From positions 13,131,583-13,176,064 of the forward strand of contig NC_068981.1 of NCBI RefSeq assembly GCF_001194135.2: a stretch of DNA of 44,482 bases, read 5' to 3'. The first letter of the stretch is position 1. Every line of letters begins with the position of its first letter. Below, in pieces: positions 1 through 11,398 of this stretch. The position numbers and the translations under genes were made by a program. This DNA is from Octopus bimaculoides. Its lineage: Eukaryota. Below the pieces are notes generated by a model. It did no database searches and had not been told where the DNA came from. It saw only the letters and a list, made by a program, of their open reading frames with translations.

Positions 1-38
<38 letters not shown>

Positions 39-430
39 TTCATATCTTTATCTAGATCCAAGGTACAACAGCATTTCAAGTGTTACCCAACTAATTTCCC
101 TTCGTCAACATGGCAATGAGAATTTTATCATAGAAGGTGTTGGAAGCCGAAAAAATTATTTTATTAAATTGTACATTTTAACAAAATTTCACAGCAAAAT
201 TTCTGATTTGTCCATCAAAAATATGTAATGTAATTTTATCAGAAACTTCGAATATGGGACTAGCATCCACAAAATTATAATTTTCCCAAAGTTATTTTAA
301 AATATAGCATTTTGCCCGCCACAGATAACAATGTAGATTTTTGTCTTTTTCCCACTCTGGGCCACACACAAAAAATAACTTGTTTTCTTTCGCTCGAGCT
401 ATGATACATTTCTTCAAGAAAATAAGTTGT

Positions 431-496
431 TAATGATATAATCCTCGCATATTAATGATATAGTCCTCGCTTATTGATGATATAGTCCTCGCATTT
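431..496. repeat. 22-bp tandem repeat x3
   Basis: Units TAATGATATAATCCTCGCATAT / TAATGATATAGTCCTCGCTTAT / TGATGATATAGTCCTCGCATTT read directly. Confidence 0.9.
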
Positions 497-908
497 GGTT
501 TTTTTTAGAAGATTGTAAGGTATTGATAAAGGTTGAAATTACTTTTGTTGACAATATTTAAAAGGTCTTTTAGATCGATATTATGTAAAAGATATTATCT
601 TTCAGATAATATCGATTGTGCTCTTACGATCACCAATAGTCATAATAGGTTACAGTTCTTTTCAACGTATTGATTAAATGTTTTGGAAGCAAAGTATTCT
701 AGTATTTTCTGAAGATATGGGTTTCGGCCATATTCTTGGAGATATACTTGGAGCATGGTTTAATGAAATAAAATACTAAAATGATGTGCTTTTCAGAACG
801 ATTCCATTGACTTTAGTAACAAAAGATTGATAGAAACATATTTACGAGAATGTGTAGAATGAATCTACAGACACATTTATGCATACAGTGATTGATGTTG
901 TTGTTGTT

Positions 909-1325
909 GATTTATATTTTATATAAATAAATATATATATATTTATATTTTATATAAATATATATATATATATATATTTCTTTATTTATATTTTATATAC
1001 ATAAATATATGTATATTTATATTTTATATAAATATATATANNNNNNNNNNNNNNNNNNNNNNNNNNNNNNNNNNNNNNNNNNNNNNNNNNNNNNNNNNNN
1101 NNNNNNNNNNNNNNNNNNNNNNNNNNNNNNNNNNNNNNNNNNNNNNNNNNNNNNNNNNNNNNNNNNNNNNNNNNNNNNNNNNNNNNNNNNNNNNNNNNNN
1201 NTATATATATTTATATTTTATATAAATAAATATATATATATATTTATATTTTATATAAATAAATATATATATAGTATTATATTTTATATAAATAAATATA
1301 TGTATATATACATATATTTATTTAT
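909..1325. repeat. Nearly pure A/T minisatellite (ATTTATATTTTATATAAATAAATATATAT-like units) spanning assembly gap 1041-1201
   Basis: Same AT units on both sides of the N run. Confidence 0.85.
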
Positions 1326-2199
1326 ATGTACGTGTATGTGTAAACCTGCGTGTGCGAGTGTATGTATGAGCCTGTTATATGTGCGTGACTGTGTCGATAT
1401 ATTTGAGTGTGTATTTTAAGATATGGACAATTACACGGATACTTTGATGTTCTATAGAAGTCGATGTCATTAGTTCTAGAAAAATGCGTCAACACATCAA
1501 ACAGAATATGAATATATTCAATATATCTAACACTTTCTATATTTGTTTTATTCAAAAACATTTTGGAGCTCAGTTAAAAAGCAAATAGAGATGATGAAAG
1601 CGGACAACCTATGGAATCGATTGCTACTTAATTGGATTGAATGTAATGAGAACGCTATCATCTCTCCTTGATACATTGTCAATATCGGAGCAGATATCTG
1701 GAATTAATACCACTCATTGGCACTCATCTGACAGTGAGTGCACAGGCGACGACAAAAATATCTATCCATTAACGAATTACAAAATGTTTTCACCAATGTT
1801 GCATCATTGGTAGTCAGGGAGGTGTTTGTTTCAATGCAGCGAAGATTTCGTTGAAGGAATGTTCGACTGTATTTCTTCATATTATGCGCAATATTCTAGG
1901 TGAATAATGTTTTAATAAAAATGTAGCAAGAAAATCTGAAACGAAGATTTGCATGTTTATTCTTTATAAGTTCCGGGAGATTCCAGCACAAATATGCTAG
2001 TCAATGTTGTATATGTCACTGGCAAACAACTCACTTTTACAACGAGACTATTTTCATCAACCGTCTAACTAAATCCAACATGGCTCAGATTCCCCTGTGC
2101 CTATGAGCTGAGTGTGATTCGGACACTTGTCTGTAAACTTTTGTCTATCTGCGACGTACAGAACAGTGACTAACATGTTGCATTTGTATCTGAGGAATA

Positions 2200-2360
2200 T
2201 AATAAGAATATGCACAGCATCGTTAATATCCGAATACGTTCTAGCACAGGCAATAGACGAGAACTTTTGCGGTGTGGAAATACTTGATAATACCAATCTT
2301 AGTACTGAACCAGCACCACGCTTTACTGACCTCGAAATGATGGTTGTATTTCAAAGGTAA
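2200..2360 (+). pseudogene. Possible highly decayed RTE-like reverse transcriptase fragment
   Basis: Translation ...EYVLAQAIDENFCGVEILDN...PAPRFTDLE resembles the segment before the (F/Y)ADD motif of RTE-clade RTs, but the ADD motif itself is absent. Confidence 0.25.
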
Positions 2361-2532
2361 CAGGAAGCATTTGAGCTTAGATCACAAGGTGCCAGAATAA
2401 AATCCGTGTTGCAAAGTCAATTACTGAAAAGGGCAGTACCAGTGGTATCCTGGAGTTAATGTAGTCGTCTATTTCCTCCAAAAATATTTGTAGACCTATG
2501 CGTCTGTTAGCATATCTAATACATACCGTTAT

Positions 2533-2690
2533 GACGGCGAAATGACGGAATCATTAACACCTTGGGCAAAATGCTGAGCGGCATTTCTTCTGGTTCATTA
2601 CACAGAGTTCAACTCCGCGCAGGAGATCGAAACAATGAGTACTGGACGCGATGTAAATGACTAGGTCCATCACTAAGAATTTCTTGTATC
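2533..2690 (+). mobile_element. SINE family 1, degenerate copy with internal deletion
   Basis: GACGGCGAAATGACGGAATCATTAACACCTTGGGCAAAATGCTGAGCGGCATTTC...GAGTTCAA...AGTACTGGACGCGATGTAA aligns by eye to the copies at 2838-3048, 38857-39053 and 42812-42980. Confidence 0.6.
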
Positions 2691-2837
2691 AATATTTGAA
2701 AGAAGTACTGAAACACAGCCATCTTAACGAATCAACAAATGTCATATTTTTATAAGTTTTAAAGTAGTCGGCCGCTAAGCGTTTTGTCGAAGGCAATAAC
2801 GAGTTAGTCTTTTGCCGCCTGAAAGCCATGTATTAGT

Positions 2838-3048
2838 AATGATTTCAAACTTTTGCCAGAATGAGCACTTGGGGGAGGCTATTAAGTCGATTACATCGAC
2901 TCCAGTGCATAATGGCTCGATCAAATAATCGACCCCGTGAGGGTGAAAGGCAAATTCGACCTCGGTGGAATTTGAACTCAGAATGTAGCAACGGGCGAAT
3001 TACCGCTAAGCATTTCGCCCGGGGTGCTAACGATTCTGCCAGCTCATC
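2838..3048 (-). mobile_element. SINE family 1 (tRNA-derived), near full length
   Basis: Minus strand reads GAGCTGGCAGAATCGTTAGCA...AAATGCTTAGCGG...GAGTTCAAATTCC...GTCGATGTAATCGACTT. It has A-box-like TGGCAGAATCG and B-box GTTCAAATTC, and is homologous to 4 other copies in the window. Confidence 0.85.
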
Positions 3049-3804
3049 ATCTTAAGCTATCTATTATTAATAGGCCTGCATCGGAAATGTAAAAATGTCA
3101 TTGGGAACTCTTCTCGTTCTACCAATCATAGATTACATGACAAACATAATCGCTGCATTCGTTTCTACCTTCTTTTGAGTCACCTACTGCTTGGTATACC
3201 GTGATGTTCCTCTGTCTAAACCTATGAAAGCCTAAGTAGGTTTCTTCATCGAGTCAGCCTTCTACTAATAGAAAAACATGAACTGTGCTGCTGCGGTGTA
3301 TAATAATCCATTGATTATGTTATGCTTTTCTGCAAATAACAGAATTCTGAGCAGCGCGATATAGAAATATATGTCAGCATGTGGCGCTCATTTTTATGCT
3401 TTATTTATTTTTCCAGCACACGAAGGAAACTAATTTTCTTTAGTTTTTAAAGATGCAGTTGGTGGTAATTGCAAACTAATAAATATATGAATAGTGTATT
3501 GCACATATACCCGGCAGGTCGACTTTGGAATAATTGTTTTATTTATTATTCATATCCATATATACTCTAGAATTATAGAAGGACTCTATCTTCAGAAGGA
3601 ATGAAAATATGTTCCTTAATATGACCATATGATGATACTGACGGTCTATACTAGCTGCATCACGTGAATCTTATTTCAACCAATATGTATCACTCCTAAA
3701 AAGATTTGCTCCTAAAAATTAATTTCCCCCCCACTCTCAAATAATATCAAGAACTTGTAGACAATTGTTCCATCTTACTTATACTGTATTTTGTATTAAA
3801 TTCT

Positions 3805-3887
3805 GAAGAAAGAAAGAAGGAAAGAAAGAAAGAAAGAAAGAAAGAAGGAAGGAAAGAAAGAAAGAAAGAAGGAAAGAAAGAAAGAAA
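3805..3887. repeat. (GAAA)n/(GGAA) microsatellite
   Basis: Direct reading. Confidence 0.95.
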
Positions 3888-4009
3888 TAATTGCATCTAA
3901 GCATAACCAGTAAACGAAGCGCTCCAGCCACCGGGGGGCCGTATAATAAACAAAATATCATCGCTTACTTCCTTCTACACTTCATAAATCATGTGGCGTG
4001 TAGGATTAC

Positions 4010-4022
4010 TATCATCATCATT

Positions 4023-4055
<33 letters not shown>

Positions 4056-4106
4056 GTCCTTGTCGTCATCGTCGTCATCGTCGTCATCATCTTCATCATC
4101 ATCATC

Positions 4107-4183
<77 letters not shown>

Positions 4184-4210
4184 TATTATTATTATTAGTA
4201 TTAGTATTAC
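4010..4210. repeat. Compound (ATC)n/(GTC)n followed by (ATT)n microsatellite
   Basis: Direct reading. It explains the poly-I/S/L/N/D ORFs at 3891-4265. Confidence 0.95.
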
Positions 4211-4428
4211 TATTTCGTTTTTGTGTTGGTGTTTGCAAGATTATTTATGTGAATTAGTGTGTTGAAGCATAGTTTATTAAAACGTTAGTTGAAGGAAGTG
4301 ATATAGAGGAAAGTTAGGAATATAACTTTAGCAGAGGGGTGATGTTCTGATGGTGAGATTAAAACCAGAGGGAGAGAGAGGAGAGAGAGAAAATAGAGAT
4401 AGATGATGGTGTTGGTGGTGGTGGTGGT

Positions 4429-4624
4429 GATAGGAATTGTTTCTGTATTTAGATTCCACAGGTTTTTGTATTTTTAGAGAAAGGTTGTCATCTGCTGGTA
4501 TTAATACCTCAATTAGAAAGCAATTTTTTTTTCTTCATGATCTCTGACAACTATATCTGGCCTATTGGCCTTAATTTCTCTACCTGTGTGTATTGGCATA
4601 TCCCACAGTATGGATGCTTTCTCT
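4429..4624 (-). mobile_element. R4/Dong-like RLE retrotransposon fragment, copy A (AAT family; internal deletions, 3' end missing)
   Basis: Encodes EKASILWDMPIHTGREIKANRPDIVVRDHEEKK and is nearly colinear with 33720-33950. Its 5' end abuts an array that reads (AAT)n on the minus strand. Confidence 0.9.
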
Positions 4625-4915
<291 letters not shown>

Positions 4916-4919
4916 AAAA

Positions 4920-5395
4920 TATACGAAGACCAGTATACCTATCATGACTACCCGTCTGACATGAATACACCAGGCACATGCATCACAGACATATGTGTGT
5001 GAAATAGTTACCCCATACCAAGAAAAACAGCGCATGAACTTGCAGGTGGAACCCTGTTAGAATTTTCTTCAGGTCGAGTAATCCATCCCGCTCTAAAGGT
5101 TCCTGAATAAGGGTTGTTTAAGGATGATGACCAACGCACCGATGTTTCTAGAGGTAAATTATCCAAAACGCAACGAGTTTCTCTCAACACATGGCTATGA
5201 TGCCCCCACCACTACTTCTGCTCGGGATCAGAGATGCACATATCGGCAGCCACTAAGGGGCATGCTCAACTGGTTTAGGTGAAACAACTGACAAGCAAAT
5301 ATGTGGTATTGAGCAGAATATTTGCTGTAGCCCATCTTTTATAGCAGGGCAAGACAATGTGCATGATAACACTTCCAATCAGTTATATGTATATT
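4920..5395 (-). mobile_element. Unclassified interspersed repeat abutting the AAT/GAT array
   Basis: GC-richer, non-coding block with a sharp boundary at the array. It resembles from recall an abundant AAT-flanked octopus repeat. Single copy here, so not verifiable in the window, and the orientation is inferred. Confidence 0.35.
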
Positions 5396-5405
5396 TATAT
5401 ATATA

Positions 5406-5828
5406 GGCAAAGGCGTAACTGGGTGGTACAAAACTTGCGTCCCGATCACATGGGTCTGTGTTCAGTCCCACTACGTATAACTTTAGACAGGTATCATCTA
5501 CTATAGCCTTGGGACGACCAAAGTCATGTGACTAGATTTGGTAGATGGAAACTGAAACACGCCCGTCGTATATATTTGTGTCTGTTCGTGCATGTGCGCG
5601 TGTGTGTACGTCTATATTTGTGTCTGTGATTGTCCTACATCATCGCTTGACAACCGGTGATGGTGTGAGTGTATTTGCGTAACCGAAATCAAGTGGTTCG
5701 GCTAAAGATACCGATAGAATATGTACTAGCTTTATAAAATAAATCCGGGGTCCATTCGATCCACTAAAGTATCTTGAAAGGAAGTACTCCAGCATGGGCG
5801 CATTCGAATGACTGAAAGCAGTAAAACA

Positions 5829-5830
<2 letters not shown>
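5406..5830 (+). mobile_element. SINE family 2 (tRNA-like head, internal TA/TG microsatellite, tail ...GACTGAAA-CAGTAAAA)
   Basis: B-box-like GTTCAGTCC at 5460-5468. Colinear with minus-strand copies at 21066-21486, 25456-25708 and 30033-30237. Confidence 0.85.
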
Positions 5831-5831
<1 letters not shown>

Positions 5832-5876
<45 letters not shown>

Positions 5877-6126
5877 NNNNNNNNNNNNNNNNNNNNNNNN
5901 NNNNNNNNNNNNNNNNNNNNNNNNNNNNNNNNNNNNNNNNNNNNNNNNNNNNNNNNNNNNNNNNNNNNNNNNNNNNNNNNNNNNNNNNNNNNNNNNNNNN
6001 NNNNNNNNNNNNNNNNNNNNNNNNNNNNNNNNNNNNNNNNNNNNNNNNNNNNNNNNNNNNNNNNNNNNNNNNNNNNNNNNNNNNNNNNNNNNNNNNNNNN
6101 NNNNNNNNNNNNNNNNNNNNNNNNNN

Positions 6127-6167
<41 letters not shown>

Positions 6168-6190
6168 CATGTGTGTGTGTCTGTGTTTCT

Positions 6191-6222
<32 letters not shown>
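5832..6222. repeat. (TA)n - assembly gap 5877-6126 - (TA)n, (TG)n, (CA)n
   Basis: Direct reading. Confidence 0.95.
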
Positions 6223-6225
<3 letters not shown>

Positions 6226-7224
6226 TGGTGTTTTCATATATAGAAAAGCGATTTCACTTTCAGACTGTTGCTATTTGTAATAGTTTTTCTTTTACCTTTA
6301 TTATACAATTCTTTCCTGCTACAGAATATATAACAATGTTCATGTTGAGAATATTATAAATGATACTTATTAGTATTGTTTTTCTAATTAGATGCGTATT
6401 AAGTATTAGTCTGATGCATCTAAACTATTCTTTCTTTTTCTTTTGTCTAGTTCAGCTGTGTCTAGTTCATTAATTGCTGATTATATTTGCGTCAGTGCTT
6501 GATTTAAGTCTCTTATCTCAGTTTCTGTATCTAATACAATGTTTGTAATTTAGCATCATTTTTCCACTCTAAAGCATTGCCTTGACATTTGTTTTTAAAC
6601 AGTATTTCATGTCAATTCACCAACTAAATACGTCTAATGTTTGTCCCGGTTTTTATATATAATATTCTGCTTTTTAAATATGAAAATATTTTCTCATTTC
6701 CATCGTATAGTTTCCGTATTCGAATCCAGTAAAAGATGTTAATTCCAGACAGATAATAAACAGTATGAGTTTAATTGCGATATTTGTGAAAGAAATACAA
6801 TTCGTTTTTGTAACTCCTTCTCGAGTTTGTAATTGTACAATCGTTCGTCATGTGCTCATGGCATGATTAATGTACTTGCCTGTTGACCGTTGTATTTTTA
6901 TACAATTCTAATATTTCCAAACGCATTGGTTGGAAATTTGTCTACTCATTTCTAGTAATGAATCTTGGCAATACTCAGATTATTCACGTAAATCTATCTT
7001 CCGCTGTTATCGTTTGCTCGACAATAATAATTCGCATGGTATCTCTACATTTTATATAACTTTTGGTAATTTCGACGACAGTATTCTCCAGTTATTAGTC
7101 GCAATGCAATTACAGTTAAGGTTTATATGATGCAGGTAACAATGATTTAAGTCAGTAGCTGTTTATATTTCTCTTCCATGTATGATTACTTTCTTTCGTG
7201 TCCATGAGCAATAATACGGGTGAT

Positions 7225-7870
7225 TATAATAATTTTTCTTCCGGTAAATCATCTAAATAGTTTCAATCTGAAGTTGTGATTGTCAGTGTGAGAAAGTGAA
7301 GATAGAAAATGTTTACTGCTGACGAGAGGAACTATATCGAACAGTGTATGATATGTATAAGACAAATCCACTATTCAGTCGACTTATTCGTTTAGCCATA
7401 TTCGTTCCACTAGTGAATATGGTGAAAATGTCGAAAGTTTATACGAGATTGAAAATGTTAAAGATAAATAACTTTCCTTCCAACTAATTCCCTGTTTGCA
7501 TCGTTAAGCACCAGTCGGGAAGGCATGTATGAATGGAAAAAGCCGTGCAACTCATAAATGAAAGTTTTCAATGGTGGATGAGAGTTGCAATATCGCCAGG
7601 TTAGTTATATGTATCATGGAATAATCATATAGGTGAGTGTTTCAAATTTGAGAGGAAGTTTTCCCTTGATAATTAAGACAATCTTCGAAATGTGCCATTT
7701 TTTGTGATGGTGACATGGGATAAGTTTGTTGTTGATACGATATAAGCTCCGTTGTTTTTTTCTATACGATGTATGAGATCCACATAAACCATAAAGAACT
7801 GCAGGACATCAAATACAAACATATTAATCAACGATAAATTTAGGTACTTCAAACTTATCTTTCTAATTTT
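7225..7870 (+). mobile_element. Possible very decayed Tc1/mariner-superfamily remnant
   Basis: TACGGGTGAT-like start, MFTADERNYIEQ-like N-terminus and a degenerate ...CHFLxW...WDKFV C-terminal segment. No intact catalytic motif. Confidence 0.25.
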
Positions 7871-9149
7871 CAATAACTTTTCGAGTATTTTTTGCTTTCC
7901 AGTCTTTATTATTGCCAAGAGGTCAATCAGTCAATGCGCTCACGCGGTTGCAGTTTATAGATATTTCAATAAAAAGAGACAAAAGCAGATACTGCCCGTG
8001 TCTGAAATAACAACATCCACGTTTAAAAACTTTAGCAACTTCTTTTTGTTGTTATATATTCCAGAGGGACACTTCAACCTCAATCATTCACCCTCTCTTT
8101 TCTCTTACTACTTTGTTTCAGGAAAAGTAATACCGTTCTGAATTGTGACCACACATTTTCAATCTTCCATGCCGCGTATAATTTATTGTATCTTTGCTAA
8201 GTTGTGCTTTCGGTGTACCTGAAACCTTTTCACCATACTTTCACAGCATAAGGGAAACATTATATCATATTGACTTCTTAGGAGACAACAACTTTGTGTT
8301 ATGAGCTATATATTGATTTAAGTTTGAAAGGAAAAAAAAATAGTTCCACTTAAATGTCTATGTGACCTATCGATGCATGATAAAATTATAGATGTCGTAA
8401 ACTACCGATATTTTCCAATGCAGTTCCTAAATTGGTTCACTTTTTGGCTTCGGTCAATAACTGTTTGCTTGTAATTTTGAAAAGTTTTCATTGCCTACAA
8501 ATAGCATGATGTGCATATAGTGTTTCTCTACACATTACAACATTGATTCGTTCACAGATACATAGATATAAGATATGAACTCAATTAAATGCAAAAGTCT
8601 ATTTCAGGTTCTGTAAATTTGGATTCGTTCATAGAATACAAATATCTTTAAGTACAGTCATCTTTCAATAGCATTCGGTCATACACATAACATACACACA
8701 CGCGCGAACATACGCTCACATACATTTTCAGATATATACACGGATATATATGTGTATAAATGGATATATATATAATTATGTGTGTGCATGTGTGTATGTT
8801 GTCTTTCAGTGCGGATACGTGGCATACAATCTAGATTATTGTCCTCGCAATCATAAGGTAGTGGATTCATCTCTGGATAAGTCATGATCAATCAATCGTT
8901 TCAAGTTTCTCCAATCTACCTCGCCACAAATCAAGGGTGGTTAGTGCCATAGAATTCCATTCCTTTCCTATTGTCACGATTGCTACTGATAGGAAGCGAC
9001 AAGAATGCGTGTGTCTGAATTTCCTCGTGATAACATAAGAACCTCCAACAGTTAGGAAAAGCGTGAGACAAGTTACTAGATTATACTCGCTTGCAACTTT
9101 CTGCTAAGTATATTTATCTTTATATGTCAATATGTAAATATATACTTGT

Positions 9150-9435
9150 ATGTGTTGTGTGTGTGTGTGGTGTGTGTGTGTTTGTATGTATATATACACA
9201 CGCATATCTAAGAATATATACATGCATATATATATATATATATATATATATNNNNNNNNNNNNNNNNNNNNNNNNNNNNNNNNNNNNNNNNNNNNNNNNN
9301 NNNNNNNNNNNNNNNNNNNNNNNNNNNNNNNNNNNNNNNNNNNNNNNNNNNNNNNNNNNNNNNNNNNNNNNNNNNNNNNNNNNNNNNNNNNNNNNNNNNN
9401 NNNNNNNNNNNNNNNATATGTATATATATATGTAT
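9150..9435. repeat. (TG)n/(TA)n microsatellites flanking assembly gap 9252-9415
   Basis: Direct reading. Confidence 0.9.
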
Positions 9436-9659
9436 GCATATATGCGACATTTCATGTGAAAGAACATAATATATATATCTATTTATATATATTAGGTTGT
9501 TTCACATGAAATGTCGCATTTCTAATCACATGATATTTCAGTCATTTAAAAACTCAATTATTTATACCTTTAATCTTGACTCTTTTTCTTTCCCAACAAT
9601 ATTGGTATACAAAATTCGTACCCACAGACCTTATGAAAATGATAACAACCAAACTATGT

Positions 9660-10335
9660 TGAGTGATTTTCTCGAATGAGTACAAACTGGGTCACTCTGT
9701 CGCAGAACCTCGATGGAATATCAAGCGGGTCTATGGTAATAGTTTTGTTGACAGCAGAACTGTTCAGAGATGGTTCCGAAGCTCTCGTTCAGGAAATGAT
9801 AGCCTTGAAAATAAACCAAGGTGTAGGTCAATATCAGTTATTCGGCATGATGGATTAAATGCTTTGGTTGAACTAAGTCCGAATATCTCCCTCAACTGTT
9901 TTGGACACCTGTGATAAATTGGAAAAGTCAAGAAAACTGATAGGCTTGTTCCACATCAACCGAACGAGATTTAAAAAAAACAAAAAAAAAACAGATGCCT
10001 GGAAAAAGACCACATTTGCATCAAATCATCACTTGCGATGAGAAATAGATACTCTTTGAAAACAGCAGAACAGGACAGTGATTAGATGCAGGAGAGTCAC
10101 CTAAACACTACCAAACGCACCATTGCACCCTAAAATGTTAGTGGTCACTGTATAGCGGTCTGCGAAGACAGTTATTCATCAATCATTCTGCAACAAGGAG
10201 AAACGATGACTGTATCGTATTGTCAGGAAAATAATTGTAAGCATGCGAATTTGAAACAAAAGAAAAAGACGCAACCCAGATTAGTGAATAGAGATGGCCC
10301 AGTTTTGCTCCACAATAATTCACGTCCTCACATAC
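9660..10335 (+). mobile_element. Mariner transposase pseudogene
   Basis: HTH region EYKLGHSVAE...RTVQRWFRSSRSGNDSLENKPR, then GKVKKTDRLVPHQ (WVPHEL-like) and GPVLLHNNSRPH (HDNARPH-like). Frameshifted and truncated where an RLE element begins. Confidence 0.85.
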
Positions 10336-10351
10336 AAAGCACTCCACATGC

Positions 10352-11250
10352 AAAAAAAAGACCATGCATGGGTATTTTACCCAGAAGCTTGAAGACGACA
10401 CTAGAATTGACACGAAGCGCAAGCTTCTCTTCGACATAAGACCGCTACATCACACTTTGAAAATTATGCGTTTGCAATCCAGGAACAGGAGATTGCCGCA
10501 ATGCAGCTGGTGAACGAGAGGGACAGTGACGCTCTTGTAATCCCAAGGTGAAACCGTGTGTGTAGGCTGTGTCACGTTTCTGTGGAAAATATTACGCACG
10601 TGATTAGCAGTTGTCCTAAAATGTCATCACGGTCCTATCTCCCTATGCGGCACGATATTGCTAAAATAATTTACAATACCATCCGCAAAAAAGACTGTCC
10701 TGACATAAACTTACAAAATACCTCTGATATGGAATACATTCATAAACACCAACCCAAGGAATACTGATGGAATATTACCATCAAAACGTTTGTAAAATGT
10801 TAGCATAACAGGTCGGATATTGTTGTCTTGGACAGAGGGGCAAAGTTATGTACCATCATAGAGGCCAGCTACCCTGCAGATATAAATATATTTTTAGAAA
10901 ATCAAAGAAAAATAGATATTTATGGACAACTGCTTCGAAACATCCAGCCTCTATATCCAGACTATGAATTCATATTCATACCAATAAAAATTGGAGCATT
11001 AGGTTTTGTTAGTAATTGGTTAAAGGAGAATCTGGATAAACTGGGATATTCAGAAAGAGAAATTGACCGGCTAATTCGTGCGTTACAAGTGCAATCAGTG
11101 AGTGGAACATAAAAATATGCAAGTCTTAACTCAAGTTCCAAATGTGAATTTGTCTGAGTTAATTACATCCCAAAGATAGAGCCTTGTATCTTTGATGGAA
11201 ACTGCCTCAATCCTCAATGGAAGATTCATAGTAATTAAAAAATAACAGAG
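10352..11250 (+). mobile_element. Second RLE-type (R4/Dong-like) retrotransposon family, 5'-truncated and decayed (copy B)
   Basis: KTMHGYF...HFENYAFAIQEQEI, CCHC knuckle CRLCHVSVENITHVISSC, RHD, HNRSDIVV...IIEASYPAD (PD-D/E endonuclease-like), IPIKIGALG. About 100 nt of 3' UTR follow, then (TACA)n. Confidence 0.85.
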
Positions 11251-11398
11251 ATATACATACATATATACATACATACATTCATTTAAACATGCACACATAC
11301 ATACATATATACATACATACATACATACTTACATACATACATACATACTTACATACATACATATATACATACATACATACATACATTCATACATACAT
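11251..11398. repeat. (TACA)n microsatellite directly after the copy B 3' UTR
   Basis: Direct reading. Confidence 0.95.

Noticed and set aside
6400-7100. Possible LINE endonuclease/linker remnant on the minus strand
   Set aside because: A-rich and coding-like, but no diagnostic motif could be recovered.
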